Shown: positions 19,255 to 29,704, numbered from the stretch's first letter. The stretch is DNA of 64,000 nt from an uncultured Bacteroidales bacterium (GCA_964491395.1 CAZBGI010000003.1:39971-103970), one strand, 5' to 3'. Notes: a model not told the origin generated them from the letters alone. Program-made: numbers and translations.

Positions 19255-20094
19255 ATGAAAATAATTCCAATAATTCCTGAATGTTTTAAACTTGATGGTG
19301 GAGCTTGTTTTGGAGTTGTGCCCAAATCCATCTGGTCGCAGCATGTACCCAGCGATGAGAATAACATGGTAAATATCACCTCAAGATGTTTGCTGGTTGA
19401 TAAAGGAGACCGGATAATTCTTATTGATACAGGACTTGGTAATAAACAAAGCGATAAGTATTACAAATATTTTTATTTGTTTGAAAGAAAAGGTATTGAA
19501 AAGGCTCTGGCAGAAAACGGTTACATGCCAGAAGATATCACAGATGTTATACTCACACATCTCCACTTTGATCATGTTGGGGGTGCTGTAAAATGGGGAA
19601 ATGATGGAGAAACGCCTGTAGCTGTTTTTCCTAATGCTACCTATTTCTGCTCAAAGGATCAGTGGGATAGTGCACTTAACCCCAATCCAAGAGAAAAAGC
19701 TTCTTTTCACTCCGAAAACTATCAATCTCTTTATGATGAGGGCAGATTAGAGTTTGTTTTTGAAAATATGTCAATATGTGAAGGGATTGAGCTGGAAGTA
19801 AAGAATGGGCATACTCGCGGGCAGATTATTCCGCTTATAAGCTATAAGGATAAAAAAGTAGTTTTTACTGCTGATTTTATCGCAACCGTGCTGAATATTC
19901 CCCTGGCCTATGTGCCCAGCTTCGATGTAGACCCTGTCAAATCTATGGAAGAAAAGGAAGAGTTTCTCAATCGTGCTGCCGATAAAGGATATATTCTTGT
20001 TTTTGAACATGATTACTATCATGAATGCTGCACCCTGGAGAAAACATCCAAAGGAATCAGGGCAGGAGAAATATTGCGACTTCAGGATATATAA
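19255..20094 (+). CDS. MBL-fold metallo-hydrolase
   Basis: 279 aa with the metal motif THLHFDHVGG. Confidence 0.8.
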   Translation: MKIIPIIPECFKLDGGACFGVVPKSIWSQHVPSDENNMVNITSRCLLVDKGDRIILIDTGLGNKQSDKYYKYFYLFERKGIEKALAENGYMPEDITDVILTHLHFDHVGGAVKWGNDGETPVAVFPNATYFCSKDQWDSALNPNPREKASFHSENYQSLYDEGRLEFVFENMSICEGIELEVKNGHTRGQIIPLISYKDKKVVFTADFIATVLNIPLAYVPSFDVDPVKSMEEKEEFLNRAADKGYILVFEHDYYHECCTLEKTSKGIRAGEILRLQDI

Positions 20095-20103
20095 ATTCCA
20101 GGC

Positions 20104-20134
20104 AAAATGATTTTTGGCATATGCCAGTCATTTT
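20104..20134 (+). terminator. weak hairpin after the MBL gene
   Basis: AAAATGA...TGGCATATGCCA...TCATTTT, an imperfect hairpin 10 nt after the stop. Confidence 0.35.
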
Positions 20135-20176
20135 AATTAAAACGAATCAATCAATCATCACATAGCCAATTGATAA

Positions 20177-20881
20177 ATGAACAAAGAAAAAATATCAGTA
20201 CTTAATAGTCAGCTTAAAAACCTTTCAACAGAAGCATTTCTGCAAAAACTCGCGGAAGAATTTTCTGGCAAAATTCGATTTGCTACCAGTCTGGGAGCCG
20301 AAGATCAGGTAATTACCCATATTTTAGCCTCCAGTGGCATTCCCATTGAGATTTTTACCCTTGATACCGGAAGAATGTTTTATGAGTCTTATGAATTGAT
20401 AGAAAAGGTGCAAAACCGCTATGGAGTGAAAATAAAAATTGTATTTCCTGATGCCGGGGAAGTTGAACAGATGGTAAATGAAAAAGGGATCAACCTTTTT
20501 TATCACAGTGTTGAGAATCGCAAATTGTGTTGTGGGATAAGGAAGATAAAACCCTTGCATAAAGCCCTTAAAGGGATGGATGCATGGATTACAGGTTTGA
20601 GACGCGAACAATCACCTACCCGGGTAGATATGCAACTTGTTGAATGGGATACAAATAACCATCTTATTAAAGCCAACCCTCTTCTGGAATGGACAGAAAC
20701 AGATGTTTGGGAGTATATCAAAAAGCATAAAATACCTTATAATACGCTTCATGATAAAGGATTCCCGAGTATTGGCTGTCAGCCTTGTACCCGGGCTGTT
20801 TTACCCGGCGAGGATATCAGGAGCGGCAGATGGTGGTGGGAAAATCCCGAAACCAGGGAATGCGGATTGCATAAAAAATAA
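20177..20881 (+). CDS. cysH: phosphoadenosine phosphosulfate (PAPS/APS) reductase
   Basis: 234 aa with a PP-loop-like SLGAEDQV and the C-terminal catalytic ECGLH motif. Confidence 0.85.
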   Translation: MNKEKISVLNSQLKNLSTEAFLQKLAEEFSGKIRFATSLGAEDQVITHILASSGIPIEIFTLDTGRMFYESYELIEKVQNRYGVKIKIVFPDAGEVEQMVNEKGINLFYHSVENRKLCCGIRKIKPLHKALKGMDAWITGLRREQSPTRVDMQLVEWDTNNHLIKANPLLEWTETDVWEYIKKHKIPYNTLHDKGFPSIGCQPCTRAVLPGEDIRSGRWWWENPETRECGLHKK

Positions 20882-20943
20882 TAATTCTGTTTCCAAGCTT
20901 TTATTATAGCTTATTCATTAAATAAAGCACTTCTTACAATTAC

Positions 20944-23613
20944 ATGGCATTATCAAATCCACATATTCCTATTTCTCTTCAAGGGAACTCTATTCCGGAT
21001 AGCTTGATGCAACTGGCTCATTCTGCGGGTGTCAAGTTTAGTTTGATATCCACTGAAAAAATACCTACCAATGGAATTGCCTTCGATATTAATGTAACCA
21101 GTAATGCCTGGTTAATGGATTATTCAACCTATAAATCAGTTTATAATCAGAAACATCTGAAACCCAGGGATGAATTGCCGGAAATCCTGCTGTTAGTGGA
21201 AGAATCGGAGATCAAAGAGATTGAAGAAGAAACTCTTGCTGACTCTGTGGAGATTCTCACCCTGCCATCCTCTTCTCATTTGTTTACCCTAAAATTCAAT
21301 CAGGCTCATAAAAGGATTTTACGCAGGCATGCAAAATTGGTAGAATTAGAACGTCACAGCAGTTTGTTTATTAATAGTTCGCAGGCAAAATTACTGGTTG
21401 ATCCTACTGATGGTTCAGTTTTGGATGCCAATCCTGCGGCCTCTGTTCTGTACGATAAAAGTGTTGATGCCTTGCTTGAAGGAAACTTCAAAGATTTGCA
21501 TCCTGAAGATTTTGAGGCTTTTATGAGCCAAACACAGCAAGTACTGGGAGGTGAGAAAGTGCTGTTGACCATGAGTTATGCCAAAGATAAAGGCGACGTT
21601 AGAGAACTGGAGTATTTTATCAACCTGATAACTCTCGAGGGGAAAGGACTGATTTATCTCAATGTAGAGGATATTACAGAAAAAGAAATTGCCAACGAAC
21701 TTTTTTATGAGCAGGCAGAAATGCTGCGAAATACACTGGAATCTATTGACGACTTGCTGTTTTCGCTCAATAAAGAAGGTGACTTTATTGATTACTATCA
21801 GCCATCAGGAGGCAATACCCTGGCCTTATCCAGTGATGTTTTTATTGGTAAAAATATTTACGATGTAGGTTTTCCACTTGATGTTGCTCAAAAGTATATC
21901 TATACCATTGAGCAGGTAATTGAAGAAGATAAACCCCAGCAAATAGAGTATCACCTGCAGGCTTTTGGTTCACAATTATGGTACAATGCAAAGATTTCTC
22001 CACGGAAAAATACTTTCGGAGTTATAGAAGGAGTAACTGTTCTTTGCCGCGATGTAACCCTCCAGAAAAAGAGTGAGGAAGCTCTCAAAAAGGCACGTGA
22101 CTACTACCTTACCATGCTGGCTGATTTTCCCACAATGATATGGAAAACCAATAACACCCGCAGGGCCGATTATTTCAACAAAACATGGCTTGAATTTACA
22201 GGGAATGACCTGAATACTGAGATGCGTACCGACTGGCATGGTAAGCTTCCTGCCACTGATGCAAAGATTTTTGCTTCTGTGCTTAGCAATGCCTACAAAA
22301 CCAAAAAGTCTTTCCTCATAGAGCATAAGCTCAAGCACCAATCAGGAGAATACCGATCTGTAATTAATGCAGGACGTCCGTTTTATAACCTGGATGGACA
22401 TTTCGCTGGTTTCATTGGATCTTGTTACGACATTAGTGAAAGGAAAAAAGCCGAGGAAATGTTGTATTTGCAAAAAAGTGCCATGGAATCCGCCCTGGAG
22501 GGAATCCTGATTATTAAAGATGACAAGGACTCTTATCCGGTAATATATGCCAACCAGGAACTCTCGCGACTTACTGAATTGGATGAAAGTGAAATTGTGG
22601 GCAATACTTTTCTGGATGTGTTGGGATGTCCTGTCAGTAATGGTACCCGCAGCGAGATTCTTTACGCCCTGAAAACAAGAACAAGTTTCAAAGGAGAGTT
22701 TGCTTGCCTGATGCCCAATTCTAAAGGTGAAATGCAATGGCGATTGCTGTATATGGCTCCCGTGAAAAAAGACAATCAGCCTACCAACCATTTTGTTGCG
22801 GTTTTGAGTGATATCTCCGATACAAAAACAGTAGAGAAAACCCTGAGAGAGAAAAACCGCCAATTGGAAAAAACCAATCAGGAACTTGATAATTTTGTTT
22901 ATAGTACCTCTCATGAGCTCAGGTCTCCGCTTATGTCTGTTTTAGGTTTGTTGAACTTACTGGAGTCTGATATTGATGATGCTGACAGAACGACTTATCT
23001 GTCCATGATTCGCGAATCCATTTCACGCCTGGATAAAATCATCCATGATATTATTGATTACTCAAGGAATAGCAGAATGGATGTGTTATATGAGAAAATT
23101 GATTTCAATACTCTTATTCAGCAGGCCGTAGAAAACCATCAGTATGTAGAACAATTTGACAAAGTGAAAATTACCACGCAGGTAGAGGATACTGTTCCCT
23201 TTCTCTCTGATGCCAAAAGAATCGGGGTGATTCTTAATAACTTTGTTTCCAATTGCTTCAATTTTCATGATTTCCAGCAAGATAATCCGGTGATGGATAT
23301 CACCGTAAAAACTTCTGCTGATAACGTTTTGATAAAGGTTAAAGATAATGGCCCCGGAATACCGGAAAATCACCTGGAGAGAATTTATGATATGTTTTAC
23401 AGGGGCAGCGAAAAAAGCAAAGGAAGTGGGATAGGGCTATACATCGTAAAAGAGATTGTTGACAAACTGAAAGGAAATATCCAGGTTAATACAAAACCAG
23501 ATACAGGTACGACATTTATTGTTGAACTGCCTAATTCAGAAAACAACAATACCGCGGCAAATGCAGTAGCGAACCTCAAATCGGGTACTGAAAGTCTTTC
23601 CCGCGCAAACTAA
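20944..23613 (+). CDS. cytoplasmic multi-PAS sensor histidine kinase (HisKA + HATPase_c)
   Basis: 889 aa with no TM segment and several PAS/PAC blocks. H-box STSHELRSPL, G1 DNGPGIP, G2 GSGIGLYIV. Confidence 0.85.
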   Translation: MALSNPHIPISLQGNSIPDSLMQLAHSAGVKFSLISTEKIPTNGIAFDINVTSNAWLMDYSTYKSVYNQKHLKPRDELPEILLLVEESEIKEIEEETLADSVEILTLPSSSHLFTLKFNQAHKRILRRHAKLVELERHSSLFINSSQAKLLVDPTDGSVLDANPAASVLYDKSVDALLEGNFKDLHPEDFEAFMSQTQQVLGGEKVLLTMSYAKDKGDVRELEYFINLITLEGKGLIYLNVEDITEKEIANELFYEQAEMLRNTLESIDDLLFSLNKEGDFIDYYQPSGGNTLALSSDVFIGKNIYDVGFPLDVAQKYIYTIEQVIEEDKPQQIEYHLQAFGSQLWYNAKISPRKNTFGVIEGVTVLCRDVTLQKKSEEALKKARDYYLTMLADFPTMIWKTNNTRRADYFNKTWLEFTGNDLNTEMRTDWHGKLPATDAKIFASVLSNAYKTKKSFLIEHKLKHQSGEYRSVINAGRPFYNLDGHFAGFIGSCYDISERKKAEEMLYLQKSAMESALEGILIIKDDKDSYPVIYANQELSRLTELDESEIVGNTFLDVLGCPVSNGTRSEILYALKTRTSFKGEFACLMPNSKGEMQWRLLYMAPVKKDNQPTNHFVAVLSDISDTKTVEKTLREKNRQLEKTNQELDNFVYSTSHELRSPLMSVLGLLNLLESDIDDADRTTYLSMIRESISRLDKIIHDIIDYSRNSRMDVLYEKIDFNTLIQQAVENHQYVEQFDKVKITTQVEDTVPFLSDAKRIGVILNNFVSNCFNFHDFQQDNPVMDITVKTSADNVLIKVKDNGPGIPENHLERIYDMFYRGSEKSKGSGIGLYIVKEIVDKLKGNIQVNTKPDTGTTFIVELPNSENNNTAANAVANLKSGTESLSRAN

Positions 23614-23753
23614 GGGTTTGGTAAGACCTAAGGCAAGGCTATAACTTGTCTGATACGAAAATAATTACGGGTTGGCACCAAAAGATTTAATATCTTTAAC
23701 GTGTTATCTTTCAGGGTAATTTTGGCTCAGAAGCCCATAAAAAAGCAACGATT

Positions 23754-24149
23754 ATGAATCTGGATATAGTTTTATTAATTGATGATAGTGATATTGATAA
23801 TCTGGTCAACAAGAGAGTGGTCCAGAAAGCAGGGCTATCTAATGATATCACCGTTAAGAACTCGGCCCAATCAGCCATCGAATATTTAAAGAACATCGCG
23901 GAAAATGAGGCAGATCGCATCCCCGGAGTTATTTTTCTTGATATCCGGATGCCTCAGATTGATGGTTTTGGGTTTCTCGAGCTATTCGAGGAGCTTCCTT
24001 CCTCTATACATCAAAAGGCTGATATTGTGATGCTTTCATCTTCAATTGATGCAGCTGATTATCAAAAAGCCATGGACAACCGTTTTGTAAAACAATTTCT
24101 CAACAAACCTCTTCAAAAAGAAGCAGTAACCAACCTGGCGGATTTATGA
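23754..24149 (+). CDS. stand-alone receiver-domain response regulator
   Basis: 131 aa with an acidic pocket DDSDID, phospho-acceptor FLDIRMPQIDG and conserved LNKP. Its stop overlaps the next start (ATGA at 24146-24149). Confidence 0.85.
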   Translation: MNLDIVLLIDDSDIDNLVNKRVVQKAGLSNDITVKNSAQSAIEYLKNIAENEADRIPGVIFLDIRMPQIDGFGFLELFEELPSSIHQKADIVMLSSSIDAADYQKAMDNRFVKQFLNKPLQKEAVTNLADL

Positions 24150-26752
24150 GTTCATTGGCAGGGAAACAGCCCAGGGGCGTTGATGATGAGGTTATCTTCA
24201 AGCAACTGGAGGTAATGCGCTCTACCCTTGAATCAATGGACGATCTGGTGTTTGTATTGGACGCCAATTTCCAGTTCTCTGATCTATTTAGTTATCAGAG
24301 CAACTCTTCCGGCTTGAAGGGCATTGCAACCACTTTTAATGTAGGTAGCCATTTTTCAGAAGCCGGATTTCCCGATGAAGTATATTTTTTGTTTTTTGAA
24401 GCCTTTCAAAAGACTCAAAAACACCAACAAACAGAACGAATCCGTTTTTCTGTAAAAGCTTTTGGCAGTGAATTTTTCTACCAGGCAAAACTCGCTCCGC
24501 GTTTTACTTTGCAAAATGAATTTGATGGAGTAACTGTTGTTTTGCGCGATATTTCTTCCTCGGTAAGAACAGAAGAGAAGTTGAAATCCTCACTGGAATA
24601 TTATCTTACGGTATTACTCAATTTTCCCAATCCTATATGGAGAGTAAATGCCAGCAAGGAGTTTGATTATTTCAATAATAAGTGGGTGGATTTTACTGGA
24701 ATTGATGTAGAAAAAGTTTCAGAGAGAGGGTGGAAAACAGGAATCCATCCCCACGATCAGGCCAGAGTACTTGAGCAATTCCAGAAAAGTTTTATAGGTA
24801 AGAAACCTTTTACGATTGAGTATAGGTTGAGCCATCGGAGTGGAGCGTATCGCTGGGTGAAGAATTTTTGTCAGCCCCTTTTTGATCACAAAAATCGTTT
24901 TACAGGCTATATGGGAAGTTGCTTTGATATTGATGATATCAGAACCACCCAGCAACTTTTGCAGGAGAGTGAATCACGATACAGAACCATGGTGCAGGAG
25001 CAAAGCGACCTGATTGTGAGGTGGAAAGGGCAGTTTTCTATCGTTTTTGCCAACAAAAGCTTTTGCAGTTTTGTAGGAAAACCATTGGAAAGTATTGTGG
25101 GGGAAAACTGGTTAACTTTGTTAGAATCAGAAAAGAGCAAGATTAATCAGGACGAACTCTCGCAGTTTATTTATAAAACTAAATCATCGGTGTTTGGAAC
25201 AGAATTGCTTAATAAAAACAAGCAATCTGTTATTGTGCAATGGCTAACCAGTTCAGTTAGTAATCAGGAAGGAAAGGTGATTGAATACCAGTCATCAGGC
25301 AGGGATATCACCGAAATCCTGGAGAAAGAAAAGGAGAACCAGTTACTTTTACTTCGACTCAATGAGAAAGTAAAAGAGTTGAGTCTTTTAAACAGAGTTT
25401 CCCGGTATATTAATGATGAAATTTCTGAAGAACAATTCTTTAAGTATCTGGCCAACGATATTTCCAAAAGCTTTTTACATCCCGAAGGAACGTTTACACA
25501 AATCAGCTACAAAGGAAACTATTATCGCTGCGATAAATTTAACCTTCCAGGATCTTACGCGGATATTTCCTATTCCTTTGGGCTTGATCAAGAGGGAAGC
25601 ATAACCGTTTACAGGGATAAGGGTATTTTACGGAGTGACCATGTTGATTTCATTGAGAAAAATGAAAAAGTCCTGCTTAAGACTGTCTGCGAACTTACTG
25701 GTTCTTATTTGCAGAAGCTGGATTCAGAAAGGAAATTGCAGCAAAGTGAAACCCGGTACACAGAATTGTTTGAAAGTGTGCCTGATATTGTTTTTAGTAT
25801 CGATGACAAGGGGAACATATTGAAAATTAACTCGGCAGCAACAACCATACTGGGCTATTCCTCTTTTGACGGGAAAAACCTTTTAAGCCTGATGGCCCCT
25901 ACACAAAGAAAAGAAATTATGATGGTTTTGCATAAAACCCTGTCTGCACAAGAGCATTCCTTTGCTTTTGAAACCAAAGCACTGTCAAAAACCGGGGACA
26001 TGGTATTTTTACAGGTGAAAGGGAGGATAAAATACAAACAGCAAGGTCGGCCGTTTGAAATATTTGGGGTAGCAAGAGATATTACAGAGCAAAAACATCT
26101 GGAGCAGGATATTATGAAAACTGTAATAACCACGCAAGAGAGAGAGAGAAAACGTTTTGCCGAGGATTTGCATGACGGGATCGGCCCCCTTTTATCAGGG
26201 CTTAAAATGTATCTAATGCAGGATACATTGGATAAAGGTCTGAATGAAAAACAAAAAAGAGTACTGAAATATTGCAGGGAACTGGTTGATGATGCCATTG
26301 GTCAAACCCGCAGTATAGCCAATAATCTGACACCGGGAGTTTTGAATGACTTTGGTCTTGAAAAAGCATTAAAGTCGCATGTTGTGAAAATAAACACCAT
26401 TGGAAAATTTGGCGTAAAATTAAACTTGCTCACAACGCTTGATGAGGTTAACAATGAAATAGCCCTTGCTGTATACAGAGTGATAACAGAATTGATAAAT
26501 AATACCCTCAAACACGCAGATTGCAAACAAGTTGAAATAACCCTGGATATAAAAAAAAGTATCCTCTCCCTGGTATATACCGACGATGGAAAAGGTTTTG
26601 AAACTTTGAAAAGTGAACAACCTGAAAAAGGCACACATATGGGATTAAAAAGTATTCATAACCGGATTCACTCCTTAGATGGTAGCGTGGCGATTTCAAG
26701 TGGCGCAGGAAAAGGAGTTTTTGTAAAGATTTTTATCCCTCTGAAAAGTTGA
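24146..26752 (+). CDS. cytoplasmic multi-PAS/GAF-like sensor histidine kinase, HisKA_3 (NarL-partner) type
   Basis: 868 aa with H-box FAEDLHDGIGPLL (HisKA_3) and an HATPase carrying TDDGKGF and GMGLKSIHNRI. Confidence 0.85.
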   Translation: MSSLAGKQPRGVDDEVIFKQLEVMRSTLESMDDLVFVLDANFQFSDLFSYQSNSSGLKGIATTFNVGSHFSEAGFPDEVYFLFFEAFQKTQKHQQTERIRFSVKAFGSEFFYQAKLAPRFTLQNEFDGVTVVLRDISSSVRTEEKLKSSLEYYLTVLLNFPNPIWRVNASKEFDYFNNKWVDFTGIDVEKVSERGWKTGIHPHDQARVLEQFQKSFIGKKPFTIEYRLSHRSGAYRWVKNFCQPLFDHKNRFTGYMGSCFDIDDIRTTQQLLQESESRYRTMVQEQSDLIVRWKGQFSIVFANKSFCSFVGKPLESIVGENWLTLLESEKSKINQDELSQFIYKTKSSVFGTELLNKNKQSVIVQWLTSSVSNQEGKVIEYQSSGRDITEILEKEKENQLLLLRLNEKVKELSLLNRVSRYINDEISEEQFFKYLANDISKSFLHPEGTFTQISYKGNYYRCDKFNLPGSYADISYSFGLDQEGSITVYRDKGILRSDHVDFIEKNEKVLLKTVCELTGSYLQKLDSERKLQQSETRYTELFESVPDIVFSIDDKGNILKINSAATTILGYSSFDGKNLLSLMAPTQRKEIMMVLHKTLSAQEHSFAFETKALSKTGDMVFLQVKGRIKYKQQGRPFEIFGVARDITEQKHLEQDIMKTVITTQERERKRFAEDLHDGIGPLLSGLKMYLMQDTLDKGLNEKQKRVLKYCRELVDDAIGQTRSIANNLTPGVLNDFGLEKALKSHVVKINTIGKFGVKLNLLTTLDEVNNEIALAVYRVITELINNTLKHADCKQVEITLDIKKSILSLVYTDDGKGFETLKSEQPEKGTHMGLKSIHNRIHSLDGSVAISSGAGKGVFVKIFIPLKS

Positions 26753-26993
26753 ACCATTCAATGATTTGATAATCAGCATCAATGAAATGGTTGAAATGGT
26801 GAAAATAAATGTTGAAATATATTTTTTTTACATAAAAATACGGATGTTTTGCTGCAAAGGATTACGTATTTTTGACCCCTATAAGAATGGTTTAAAGGCG
26901 TGTAAGGTTACTGTTATTATACCAGGCAGATTGAATTCAGAGAGCCATTTTTTATGAACACTTATTTTAGTAATTAATTAAAACAAAATTGAT

Positions 26994-27644
26994 ATGGCAC
27001 AGAAGATAGTAATTGTGGACGATCATTTTATTTTCAGAAATGGTCTGAAAGATTTGCTGGCTGAAATACCCGAAGTAGAAGTGATAGCAGAGGCAGAGTC
27101 AGGAGAGAAATTTTTAGAAATGTTACCTGATATTGAACCAGATATGGTGTTTATGGATATAAAAATGCCAGGTTTAAATGGTATTGAAACCACCCGGAAA
27201 GCTATCGAAATGAAGCCAGATTTAAGAATTCTTGCTTTGAGCATGTTTGGTGAAAATGAATATGTTGAAGAGATGTTGCAGGCAGGAGCACTGGGCTACC
27301 TCTTGAAAAATATTGGTAAAGAAGAACTGGTAAAAGCCATTGAAAATATCTCACAGGAGAAAGGTTATTTCAGTGATGAAATCTTGGTTATGGTAACCCG
27401 AAAGGTATTTAATGCCAGGCAGGAAAACAAGGAAAAAACAATCCTGGATAGTTTTACCAAGCGTGAGCTGGAAGTGCTTCAACTTGTAAGTCAGGGACAT
27501 TCTAACGCGGATATTGCAGAAAAACTTAAAATCAGTCCGCGCACGGTTGGAGGGCACCGCAACAACATGCTCTCAAAGTCTGGGTTGAAAAATACAGCAG
27601 CCCTGGTAAGTTTTGCATTAAAAAACAATGTTATTCATTCCTGA
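26994..27644 (+). CDS. NarL/LuxR-family response regulator
   Basis: 216 aa with receiver FMDIKMPGLNG and a C-terminal LuxR HTH TKRELEVLQLVSQGHSNADIAEKLKISPRTV. Confidence 0.9.
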   Translation: MAQKIVIVDDHFIFRNGLKDLLAEIPEVEVIAEAESGEKFLEMLPDIEPDMVFMDIKMPGLNGIETTRKAIEMKPDLRILALSMFGENEYVEEMLQAGALGYLLKNIGKEELVKAIENISQEKGYFSDEILVMVTRKVFNARQENKEKTILDSFTKRELEVLQLVSQGHSNADIAEKLKISPRTVGGHRNNMLSKSGLKNTAALVSFALKNNVIHS

Positions 27645-27680
27645 GGGGTTGGGGAGCAATAGCATGCATGCAATAAAAAA

Positions 27681-27708
27681 AGGGTTGTCTTTTCACAAAG
27701 ACAACCCT
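27681..27708 (-). terminator. strong hairpin with T-run on the minus strand
   Basis: A 12-bp stem AGGGTTGTCTTT / AAAGACAACCCT with tetraloop TCAC. It is preceded on plus by A7, which is a T7 tail on minus. Confidence 0.6.
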
Positions 27709-27746
27709 CACACCACTAACACTGTAAAACAATAAAACCAAAAACA

Positions 27747-27774
27747 TGGATTTCCATTGGAAATCCAATTTTTT
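27747..27774. terminator. bidirectional hairpin terminator
   Basis: TGGATTTCC-ATT-GGAAATCCA, followed by ATTTTTT on plus and TGTTTTTGGTTTT on minus. Confidence 0.6.
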
Positions 27775-28305
27775 CAGCAGCTGTTTCAGCAGCTGTATCA
27801 GTCATAAAAAAAATAAGCAACCTGCCATCAATAGAAAAACTCTGATACCTCCCCATTCAGAGAGAAATAAGTATAGCGATTTTCACAATGTATCCGACAA
27901 CACTTGAAAACTATTACTATTTCTCCGACACGCCTTGGAAAAAACTATCCTTCAACTACCATCATCGTATCAACGCTGATTCATCATCTTTGCTTAATCC
28001 TTGGCAATGCCTCACTATTTCAGGCAGGTTGCTGTTTGTATATATCGAAAAAAAATACAGTCAAATCTTTAAAGAACAATTACAAATCAAATATAGTATT
28101 CCCTTAGAGTTTAATCAATTCGTTTATTCACTAAAATTTTTTTAAGGGTTTACCACAGTATTAGAAAGCTTATTTGGTGGCGAAAAAGTAGCATGTTTTA
28201 TTTGTAAGTTTCAGGTAAACAGGTGTTTGCATTTTTATAGTATCGACAAAAAAGGACAAATTTAAGAGAAATAAGGGGTAAAACTTGTTAAAAAAAATTA
28301 GGGCC

Positions 28306-29307
28306 TTAAGATATTTTTATGACAATTTTTCCAAACTGCTCTTGATTTTCCATATGTTTGAAGGCAATTTCTGTATCTTCAAAAGGAAAAATTTTGTCTA
28401 TCTCAGGTTGTATTTTATGTTTTTGAACAAACTCAACCATATTGGCGAAGTCTTCAGGGCTTCCCATGGTAGTTCCTAAAATAGAAGCCTGTTTGTAAAA
28501 TATTTTTGCAGCGGTCATTTCCGGAATTTTGCCTGCTGTCCCTCCAAAGTTTACAATTCGGCCCCCGATTTTGAGAAGTGAAGGAAATCGCCCGAAGTTT
28601 TCTCCTGCCGCACTGTCCACTATGAGCTCAAAACCTTCTGGGTTCTTTTCAAGCAGCATTTTGTCCCAATTTGCATCGGTATAGAGTACTCCATCTTCTG
28701 CCCCCAGCTGGGTGGCTTTCTTAATTTTCTTTTCTGAGCTGCTTGTCACCCATACTTTTGCTTTAGATGCCAGCGCAAATTTCAGCAAATACATCGAAAC
28801 TCCACCGCCAATACCCGTGATGAGTATTCTTTCTCTACCCTTGAGCCCGCCCCGGGTAAACAATGCCCGGTAGGCTGTAAGACCGGCAAGAGGTAGAGAT
28901 GAGGCTTGCTCAAAGGTCAGGTTAGTGGGTTTGTCCCAAATATTCCCGGCAGGAACACAAATATATTCTGCAAATGTACCCTGATCGGGAAGTCCTAAAA
29001 TCTTGAAGTTCTTTCCATGAAAATCAGGATTGTTACCCCAGTTAAGGGCTGGGTTGATTATCACTTCTTTGTTGATAAGATTAGGGTCTGCTCCTGAACC
29101 TGCTTCCTCAACAATACCTGCGCCATCCGATCCAATAATACAAGGAAAATTGCTCCCCTGATATATTCCTTTTTTTATCCAGTAGTCTCTCCTGTTCAGC
29201 GAACTGGCTATGAGTTTTATTCTTACCTCTCCTTTTTCTGGCTTGGGTTTCTCCGTTTCCATTATTTTGGCCGGAGTTCCTGCACTTTCAAATACAATAG
29301 CTTTCAT
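28306..29307 (-). CDS. zinc-type alcohol dehydrogenase / quinone oxidoreductase (MDR family)
   Basis: 333 aa with GroES-like N-terminal and Rossmann domains and ITGIGGGVSMY. Confidence 0.85.
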   Translation of the reverse strand: MKAIVFESAGTPAKIMETEKPKPEKGEVRIKLIASSLNRRDYWIKKGIYQGSNFPCIIGSDGAGIVEEAGSGADPNLINKEVIINPALNWGNNPDFHGKNFKILGLPDQGTFAEYICVPAGNIWDKPTNLTFEQASSLPLAGLTAYRALFTRGGLKGRERILITGIGGGVSMYLLKFALASKAKVWVTSSSEKKIKKATQLGAEDGVLYTDANWDKMLLEKNPEGFELIVDSAAGENFGRFPSLLKIGGRIVNFGGTAGKIPEMTAAKIFYKQASILGTTMGSPEDFANMVEFVQKHKIQPEIDKIFPFEDTEIAFKHMENQEQFGKIVIKIS

Positions 29308-29704
29308 AATATGGGGTTTAAATTAATGCATGTGTTTTTTGTTGCAATTTTCTTTAGTCTGATAATCCTTCGTTTTCAGTATAGTTTTGTGAAATTATAT
29401 ACGAAAGTTTTATTTAATACACGAAAAACCTTCAGTTGTCAAGATGATTGCAACAGGTTTTAGCCAATTGATGGATGGTTGTTTCAAATCAGTTGATTAA
29501 GTCCTGTTTCGATGTTATTTGACAGAGTAAAACTTGCAGATAAACTTAATTTTAATGGTAAAATATGCTTAATTCAAAGGATATTACATTTACTTTTACA
29601 GCAAAAGATAATTATAAACAGAACATTTTAAGTTTTATAATGTTTGATGATATTATCCTTTTCATATTCAAATGCAAATTATTTTTCACATAAAAATTGT
29701 AGAA

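Noticed and set aside
27716-27805. A 29-codon minus-strand mini-ORF (MTDTAAETAAEKIGFPMEIHVFGFIVLQC) ending 8 nt before the strong 27708-27681 hairpin
   Set aside because: It contains the bidirectional terminator hairpin (27747-27767) within its coding sequence, has no recognisable promoter box and has no neighbouring maturation genes. It is more likely non-coding terminator DNA.
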